36,016 bases of DNA from NCBI GenBank assembly GCA_052055015.1, contig JBQJIT010000068.1; one strand, written 5' to 3'. This DNA is from Malassezia furfur. Taxonomy: Eukaryota. Numbering within the stretch: the first letter of the stretch is position 1; every line of letters begins with the position of its first letter. The position numbers were made by a program, and so were the translations under genes. Below, one piece after another: positions 29,460-36,016 of the stretch. The notes beneath the pieces were generated by a model, which was not told where the DNA came from, did not search any database, and saw only the letters and a list, made by a program, of their open reading frames with translations.

Positions 29460-30579
29460 CTAGCGCATGATTTCCTCGTAGATCAATCGTTTCAGCTCCT
29501 CGCGCGAAAGCGGTGCCTTGGCCGAGTCGGCGTCAAAGAAGCTCGGATCCAGCGGCTCCGCATCCGGTTCGTCGTTGGGGTCATGGTAAGGCTCGAGGTA
29601 GGGGTGAGCCAGCGCCTCTTCGACGGTGATGCGCTTCCGAGGCGAGAACTCGAGAAGCCGCTCGAGCAAGTCGATGGCAAGCGGGTCGGCGTTCGGGAAG
29701 AGCGTCGCAAAGTTTTTGCGCTTGCAGAACGGAAGCGAGCGGATGTAGTCGCGCGACCGTGCCGAGTTGATCGCGTAGAAGTCGTCCAGCGACGGAGTGC
29801 CCAGTACTTCGAGGATGAGCGAGAGCTGATGATGGTAGTCGCGCCCAGGGAACAGCGGGCGGCCAGACAGCATCTCGGCAAAAATGCAGCCGACGGACCA
29901 GAGGTCAATGGCTTTGGTATATTCCTTGAAGGTGAGCATGATTTCCGGCGCGCGGTACCAGCGTGTCGCGACATATTCCGTCAGGAACGCCTTGCCATCG
30001 GGCTCCGGCTGATCAGCACTGCGTGCAAGACCAAAGTCGCAGATCTTCAGGTCGCAGTTGGCGTTCAGCAGCAAGTTGCTCGGCTTCAGGTCGCGATGCA
30101 AAACGCCCGCCGAGTGCAGTGCCTTGAGGCCACGCAGAATCTGGTACACGAAGTACTGGTAGTGGTCGTTGGACAGATTTTGCGTACGGATCACACGGTG
30201 CATGTCCGTCTCCATGAGCTCCTGGATAAGGTGCACCTCGGTGAACGACTCGAGCGATGCGGGCCGAATGATGTCGAGAATCGAGATGATATTTTCGTGA
30301 TGAAAGTGGCGCAGAAGATGGATTTCCCGCAGCGTGCGCAGGCAGAACATCTGGTGATCAAACGGCGAGATGCGTTTGACAGCGACGCGCGTGGATGTGG
30401 GCAGGTGCACGGCCGAACTGGGTGAGCAATGGACCAACGTACTACACCACACCGTAGGCGCCCTCGCCTACCGTCTTAATCAGGCGGTACGTTCCGCCGA
30501 GCTGCGGCCCCACAGTGCCATCCGTGGCTACCGGTACAGCGGCGGTCGTGCCTGCATGTGTAGGGTCGGCGTTGTTCAT
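29460..30579 (-). CDS. KPP2: Fus3/Kss1-type MAP kinase (Kpp2/Ubc3 ortholog)
   Basis: Exons 30579-30443 and 30417-29460 (25-nt intron 30418-30442). [36 protein letters not shown] activation loop ([14 protein letters not shown]), [20 protein letters not shown]. Confidence 0.93.
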
Positions 30580-30858
30580 GGGCTTTGGCAGGCCTCGACC
30601 GAGTGACGTCGCCAGGGCTGAGCACGCACGTCGAGAGTACCACTTTTGATCACGTGGGGCATCACGTTGGGGAAACCCGACGCCACCCCCGATTTGGCGC
30701 AAGAGGACTTGGCAAGCGGGGGGGGGCGTTGCCGCGTGGCATTTTCCCCGCCGAGCGCGTGCGCACATTACGATCGGCTTTGCCTGCTGCCCTTTTACGA
30801 GACACACTATATCGCTCAAACTGTTTGGTTGATCTTTGCTTCGCTGCTCCCTGGAAGC

Positions 30859-33516
30859 ATGCCACAGGCCTATGCGCTACCGCAACAGGGGGCGGAGGAC
30901 AATGCTCATTCTCGGCGTCCCCCATTAACCTGGACGGCGGCATCCAGGGGAAGCCACGATGTGGTCGACGACCGTTCCAAGTACTCCCATTCGGGAATCA
31001 ATATTCTCGACATTCTCACGCGTGTAAGCCAGCGCACCTCGCCACAGGTGAGTTTGGGCCCCGTGGATATGACATGTGCAATGAGTGTTGCACATGTCAC
31101 CTTTAATAACGCTTCGCGCATGCTCCAGATCGAGTTTGGGGATGTGAGCGACGAATTTTTGCGGCTCGTGGGACAGACGCGCGATCGTGTCCTGGGACAG
31201 GCACCTGCAAGTGTGTTGCCGTGTGCCGACTACGAGGTACAGCGCGTGCGCCGGATGTACGCTGCAGCAGCCAACGGTATCGAACAGCAGGCTGTGATGG
31301 AGCTGATAGGCCCCAAACAGCGCTCGCTCTACGTGCTCATGACGTTAATCCCTCTACGTTACATGGGTCGCCGGGATCTCCGTCATGACAACCGCGGCGT
31401 TGAGTGGATCGTGGGTTTCCAGGCAGAGGTTACGCCGGATATGCTCCCCCATACGCTCAGCCTCATCGACAATAGCGAGGGCCCCTTGGATCCAATCGCG
31501 CCGCATAAACCCGCCATCGAGGCACCAACCAAAGCAGAGCCATCAGAGGCCCCCCATGAATGGCAAGATCTTGTTGCGGAGACGGGCGATGCCGGGACCG
31601 TCTATTTCGTTACCTGGCACGATGTCCTACAGTATGTCTCGACGTCAGTCGAGTCGCAGCTCGGCTACCGTGCCGATGAGCTGATCGGCAAGCCCGTGGA
31701 GGATCTATGCCACCCGAACGACATGGTGGCGCTCTTTCGTGAGCTCAAAGGGATCAAGAATAAGACAGGCAAGATGCCCAATGCCCGTGCACGCTTCCCT
31801 GTCAAGCCCGTGCGCTTGGACGAGAATGTATCGCAGCACATGGTCCTCGCCGAGGTCAATGGCCTCTTGCGCTTCAAGCACAAGACCGAGGGATCTATCT
31901 GGATGGAGACGTCGGCTCGTCTCGTGCAGCAGCAGGGTGCTCCAGGCCGGCGTGCACGCTCAGTGATTGCTGTCTCTGGATGGCAACATAAGAACGGGTT
32001 GGCAAGCAAACCTGAGCTACGCGACGAGAAGGCTGCCCTCGATCCGCTCAAGATCTCCCAGTCTCCGGCGCTGCAGCATGCCCAAGCGCAGAAAGCACAA
32101 TCACAATTCGCTCAGGCTGAGCAGGCGCAGGCACAGCAGGCACAGCAGACGCAGCAGATGCAGCAGATGCAGCAGATGCAGCAGGCGCAGCAGGCGCAGG
32201 CACAACAGGCACAATCACAGTTCGTCCGGGCACAGCAGGCACAGGACCAGTTCGCCCAGCTTCAGCAGGCACAGGCGCAGCAGGCACAGGCACAGCAGGC
32301 ACAGGCCCGGTACGCTCAGGCACAGCAGGCACATGCTGAACAGATACAGGCACAACAAGTACAGCATGTTGCCGACCAGGCCAAGCATGCAGCCCAGCAG
32401 GCACAAAATGCTTCTCAACAGGCACAGCGTGTACAAAAGGCACAGCAGACACAACATACTGGACTAGCCCGGTCGACACATTCTCGCTCGGTGTCGTCGG
32501 ATGCGAAGGGAAGCATGAGTCCCCCTGTATGGTTGACGCTGTCCGCCATGGGCTTAATTTTGCAGTGCTTCGAGCAGACCGATGAAGACTCGGTGCGGCC
32601 TGTGGACGAGCTCGAGATTCCTCTGCGCATTGGTTTTGTCCTGCCGAATGTGATGCAGCAAGAGGTCGTGATTCAGATCCAGAAGGCATTTATGCACGGC
32701 GAGAAGCAGCCCGTGAGCGTCGCCACGTGGATTTCCAACACGCCGGTGATCACCACCTGGATCCCTCTGTCTCCCGAGCTTACGAGCGAGTCACTGGAGC
32801 AGATGGGCGTGCAGATGCTTGTGCGATTGGACGTGTGCCGCAACGGTTTTGATCGCCCGCCGCACCGTCTCTTTTCGCCCGATGAAGCGTGGCTTACGGT
32901 GCCCTCGGGATTGCGGCAGAATGCCCCGGAGGAGGTAACACTGAAACCAACTGGGCCGACCCTCGCGTCGTTCGACATGGGCCCCTTGCCTACGCACATG
33001 TCTGACCGCTCGTCGTCAGTGGTGAGCAGTCAAGACTTTTTCCCGTGGGGCTCAAGCGACGAGGCCTGGTCACAGTGGTCGCACTTCCGTGGACGCAGCG
33101 CCGAAGAGCCAGACCCGCTAACGCCCGGACCTATTTCTTCGCTTCTATGGAGCAATGGTGTGCCCAACGAGGCACATATGGACACCGACGGCGGACACAT
33201 GACGCCGAGGTCGATGTCAATGCAGAATCCTACAGCACACGGTGCCGATTTGTCGCAGTACACGTCGCACTCTTCCGCACCGCTTGCGGCAGGGATGAAC
33301 TCGGCAGCGCCGCTGGTCGGCATGCCTCTGAACGAATTTTTGACCCAGAGCGGGCTGACACCGATCCCGTCGGACAGCCTGCCGGGCTCGGACAAGAATT
33401 GGACTGCGGATATGTTTCCTTCATCGATGTCGTCCAACACGCCATCGCAGTATGCTTCAGACATGTCGCAAAATCACGCGCACTCGCATGACTCGTTTGG
33501 TTTTTGGCCCTACTAA
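30859..33516 (+). CDS. WC1: White Collar-1-like PAS protein with degenerate LOV domain and Q/A-rich insert
   Basis: Intronless ORF from ATG 30859. N-cap YSHSGINILDIL.RV..R..PQVSLGPVDMTCA matches WC-1; LOV-like fold ending GFQAEV; PAS-B (QYVSTSVESQLGYRADELIGKPVEDLCHPNDMVALFRELK...LRFKHKTEGSIWME); weak third PAS. No GATA finger, which is normal for basidiomycete WC-1. Confidence 0.82.
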   Translation: MPQAYALPQQGAEDNAHSRRPPLTWTAASRGSHDVVDDRSKYSHSGINILDILTRVSQRTSPQVSLGPVDMTCAMSVAHVTFNNASRMLQIEFGDVSDEFLRLVGQTRDRVLGQAPASVLPCADYEVQRVRRMYAAAANGIEQQAVMELIGPKQRSLYVLMTLIPLRYMGRRDLRHDNRGVEWIVGFQAEVTPDMLPHTLSLIDNSEGPLDPIAPHKPAIEAPTKAEPSEAPHEWQDLVAETGDAGTVYFVTWHDVLQYVSTSVESQLGYRADELIGKPVEDLCHPNDMVALFRELKGIKNKTGKMPNARARFPVKPVRLDENVSQHMVLAEVNGLLRFKHKTEGSIWMETSARLVQQQGAPGRRARSVIAVSGWQHKNGLASKPELRDEKAALDPLKISQSPALQHAQAQKAQSQFAQAEQAQAQQAQQTQQMQQMQQMQQAQQAQAQQAQSQFVRAQQAQDQFAQLQQAQAQQAQAQQAQARYAQAQQAHAEQIQAQQVQHVADQAKHAAQQAQNASQQAQRVQKAQQTQHTGLARSTHSRSVSSDAKGSMSPPVWLTLSAMGLILQCFEQTDEDSVRPVDELEIPLRIGFVLPNVMQQEVVIQIQKAFMHGEKQPVSVATWISNTPVITTWIPLSPELTSESLEQMGVQMLVRLDVCRNGFDRPPHRLFSPDEAWLTVPSGLRQNAPEEVTLKPTGPTLASFDMGPLPTHMSDRSSSVVSSQDFFPWGSSDEAWSQWSHFRGRSAEEPDPLTPGPISSLLWSNGVPNEAHMDTDGGHMTPRSMSMQNPTAHGADLSQYTSHSSAPLAAGMNSAAPLVGMPLNEFLTQSGLTPIPSDSLPGSDKNWTADMFPSSMSSNTPSQYASDMSQNHAHSHDSFGFWPY
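32077..32455 (+). repeat. Coding low-complexity Gln/Ala repeat (CAG-GCA/GCG units), including (CAGCAGATG)x3 at 32152-32178
   Basis: Directly visible tandem CAGGCACAG/CAGGCGCAG units encoding QAQ/QQ repeats. Confidence 0.9.
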
Positions 33517-33702
33517 GGATCGCGCGCGCCGCGCTCGACGATACCCCATAGCATAGTGATCAGCTCACCTCGATACCCAATCATCCCATCGGGGCGCGAT
33601 GCCCGATCCTCACGTGGTGCACGCGCGAAGATGCCAAGGGTGCGCAGCGCAGGCGCTTCCTCCACCCACTCTCGCCGTCGCTGCCTGCTCCTTCTGCCGT
33701 GC

Positions 33703-35841
33703 ATGTCGTTCCTGCCGGACCTGCCTTCGGGCTTTGGCAGCGAGTCTGCGTACCCTCCTATGCCGTCACATACGGCGAGCGAGACATCCAGTGATGTAAT
33801 GCGTCCCATGTCGCCGCCTCGCCCGCCGCGGGCCCCCGGCAGCGGCGCCAGCTCGCCGCGACCCGCGTTTATGGCGCACTCTGAATACGGCCGCGAGCCG
33901 AGCGCGCGGGTATCGCCGTTCGTGCGTAATGAAAGTCCTCAGCGCATGAGTGCAGAGCCTTTCGCGCCGCGTCCCATGCGCAGCCCGCCACGCCGCTCAC
34001 AGCCGCCGCCGTCGACAACGCAGGGCGCGGGCGCGATAGGCGAATGGCCTACGTCGCCGTTCGCGGCCGCATCCGACGATACGCGCGCACCTATTCACAC
34101 CCCTTCCGGCGCCCCACGGCGGCCGTCTACGCCGAATGCGCACGCGTATGCGTCACACCCTGCGTCGCCGCAGCGTGGTCAGGTGCCGCCGCCGCCGCCG
34201 CCGCAGCGGGTCCTGCCTGTCGAGCCACCGAGCGCGCCGAGTGCACCGAGTGCACCGAGCCCGCAGCGCACGCGTGTCCCATCGAGCGCGCCGGTCGCGC
34301 CCGTGCCACAGCGTGCGCCGCCTGCACGCGCGCCGCCTGCGCAGCCCGCGCCGATCCACGTGCCCCTGCCGGATACCAAAACGCTCGCGGAGCAGCGCGA
34401 GCGGGCACACAGGAGCGGGCAGGAGAGTGATCTGCTGCACTGGTCGATGCAGGTCGTCAAGTACGTCGAGCGTATGCAGGCGAGCGAGACGCAGGTCGAC
34501 GATCAGGTCACACAGTGGATCGACGAGGCGATTGTGCAGATCGTGCAGGCCGCATCGCTGCCCGACCCGCCCGCCGAGGCGCTGTATGCACGCGGCGATC
34601 TGCTGGCCGGCGGCGCATTCCCGACGTATGTCACCAAGGACCTGCGCTCGGCGTTCAGCGACTTTGAGCGCTCCGCCCGCAAAGGCTACGCCCCAAGCTG
34701 GTTCCGTATCGGGCGCGACTACGAGACACTCGGCGACATTGCGCGTGCGCGTAGTGCGTACTCGCGGGGTGTCAACATGAGTGACGTGAGCTCTACGTAC
34801 CGTATGGGCATGGCCACGCTGCTTGGCCAGCTCGACATCACTGCGAACGTTCCGGAAGGTGTGCGGCTGCTACGCACGGCGGCCGACATGTCGACGGTTG
34901 ACACGCCGCACCCAGCATACATTTATGCGTTGCTTCTCGTTGGCGAGCTGGAAGGCGTGCATGTGCCGCGCACGACGCTCGCCGAAGCCGAGGGCCTGCC
35001 TGCGAGTGCCGCCGCTGCACCCGAGACCCTGTATCCTTCGGTGCGCAAGTATTTGCAGCGCGCCGCATACCTCAACCTCGCACTAGCTCAATACAAGTGT
35101 GGGTGGTGCTTTGAACACGCGCAGCTTTCTTTCCCATTCGACCCGCTGATGAGCGTGCAGTACTACAGCGCTGCAAGTCAGGGCGGCGAGCCGGACGCGG
35201 ACATGGCACTCTCCAAGTGGTTCCTGTGCGGTGCCGAGGGCTGCTTTGACAAGAACGAGACGCTCGCCTGGACGTTTGCCGAGCGCGCCGCCAAGCACCA
35301 GCTGCCCACGGCCGAGTTCGCGCTTGGCTACTACATGGAGGTGGGCATCGGCACCCAAGTGAACCTCGCTGGCGCACAGCGCTGGTACGAAAAAGCCGCC
35401 GCACAGGGCAACACGGACGCAGCTGACCGCCTGGCGGCACTCAAGCAGTCGCAGGAGGCGCAGCTCTCGCGGGCACAGCACCAGGAGAATCTCGATGCGC
35501 GCCTCTACTCGGAACATACGCTCGCACGCTCGCGCTCCACCGACGAGCCGCTCGCGAGTGCAAGCAACCCGCGGCACACCGAACTTACGCACAAGCAGAC
35601 CATGCGCATGGTGGATGCGAGCGTGCGGCGGCAGCGGGTCGAACGCGCGCGTGCTCCGCCGGCACAGACACAGCCCGCGCAGGCGCAGGCACTGGCGGCG
35701 CACGGTGGCGAGCCGGTGCAGTACGGGCGCAGTGATGCGCCCCGCCCTGCCCCGGCACAGAGTGGCGCCAAGCGCGGACCCGCGACCTTTTCCGAGATGG
35801 GCTTGCAGCCTAAGCAGGACCGCGACTGCACCATTTGTTAG
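33703..35841 (+). CDS. Sel1-repeat chitin synthase regulator/activator (Chs4/Skt5/Csr family) with CAAX box
   Basis: Pro-rich N-terminus, multiple Sel1 repeats (AQYKCGWCFEHA..FPFDPLMSVQYY, ADMALSKWFLCG, AEFALGYYMEVGIG), C-terminal DCTIC* prenylation motif. Alternative in-frame ATG at 33631. Confidence 0.88.
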   Translation: MSFLPDLPSGFGSESAYPPMPSHTASETSSDVMRPMSPPRPPRAPGSGASSPRPAFMAHSEYGREPSARVSPFVRNESPQRMSAEPFAPRPMRSPPRRSQPPPSTTQGAGAIGEWPTSPFAAASDDTRAPIHTPSGAPRRPSTPNAHAYASHPASPQRGQVPPPPPPQRVLPVEPPSAPSAPSAPSPQRTRVPSSAPVAPVPQRAPPARAPPAQPAPIHVPLPDTKTLAEQRERAHRSGQESDLLHWSMQVVKYVERMQASETQVDDQVTQWIDEAIVQIVQAASLPDPPAEALYARGDLLAGGAFPTYVTKDLRSAFSDFERSARKGYAPSWFRIGRDYETLGDIARARSAYSRGVNMSDVSSTYRMGMATLLGQLDITANVPEGVRLLRTAADMSTVDTPHPAYIYALLLVGELEGVHVPRTTLAEAEGLPASAAAAPETLYPSVRKYLQRAAYLNLALAQYKCGWCFEHAQLSFPFDPLMSVQYYSAASQGGEPDADMALSKWFLCGAEGCFDKNETLAWTFAERAAKHQLPTAEFALGYYMEVGIGTQVNLAGAQRWYEKAAAQGNTDAADRLAALKQSQEAQLSRAQHQENLDARLYSEHTLARSRSTDEPLASASNPRHTELTHKQTMRMVDASVRRQRVERARAPPAQTQPAQAQALAAHGGEPVQYGRSDAPRPAPAQSGAKRGPATFSEMGLQPKQDRDCTIC

Positions 35842-35957
35842 ATAGAAGAAATGGCTTGCCTGCCGTAGCTACGGAAGAACGCCATTTCGCGACACGACCG
35901 TGCGCCGCGCCGGTACAGTGCCGCACCTGCGCAGTACACGGTGCGAGGCGTTTTCGT

Positions 35958-36016
35958 TTATTTGCCCTGAGGAGCCTCCTTGAAGGCGAGCGCGTGCTCC
36001 TCGTTCATGGCCGCAA
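35958..36016 (-). CDS. eIF5A: 3' end of translation factor eIF5A, truncated by window edge
   Basis: Minus strand reads ...AAMNEEHALAFKEAPQGK* (TAA 35958-35960), matching the eIF5A C-terminus pattern (xAMxEE...xFKEA). Confidence 0.8.
   Translation of the reverse strand, partial: AAMNEEHALAFKEAPQGK

Overview
This is a gene-dense, GC-rich fungal (basidiomycete yeast) chromosomal segment, most consistent with Malassezia. That assignment is inferred from Ustilago-like proteins, intergenic gaps as short as 7 nt and tiny introns. I can support 23 protein-coding genes, two truncated by the window edges: TTI1 (3' end), RAD16, FIP1, MPC2, FAHD1-like, SPC19, a conserved hypothetical, a His-rich 'allergen'-type protein, RPP1, an M50B-like peptidase, an Mdm1/SNX-like nexin, an Ap4A phosphorylase, an AVT transporter, RAD51, a SYN8-like SNARE, RAD1/REC1, STRAP, a 4x C2H2 transcription factor, a class V myosin-chitin synthase, a KPP2-type MAPK, a WC-1-like PAS protein, a Sel1-repeat chitin synthase regulator and eIF5A (3' end). 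I found no rRNA, tRNA, transposon or CRISPR. Main observations: (1) 39 hand-called spliceosomal introns of only 21-34 nt (median 23) with a floor at 21 nt and fixed branch geometry; (2) two tandem gene pairs (MPC2->FAHD1, RAD51->SYN8) where retaining the upstream gene's last micro-intron opens a stop-free frame into the next gene's ATG; (3) a White Collar-1 homolog whose LOV domain has lost the photoactive Cys, next to MAPK, chitin-synthesis and C2H2 genes; (4) recurring CACGTG motifs in promoters and TGTACA(TA) motifs just after stop codons. All gene models and family calls are by eye and were not checked against databases.
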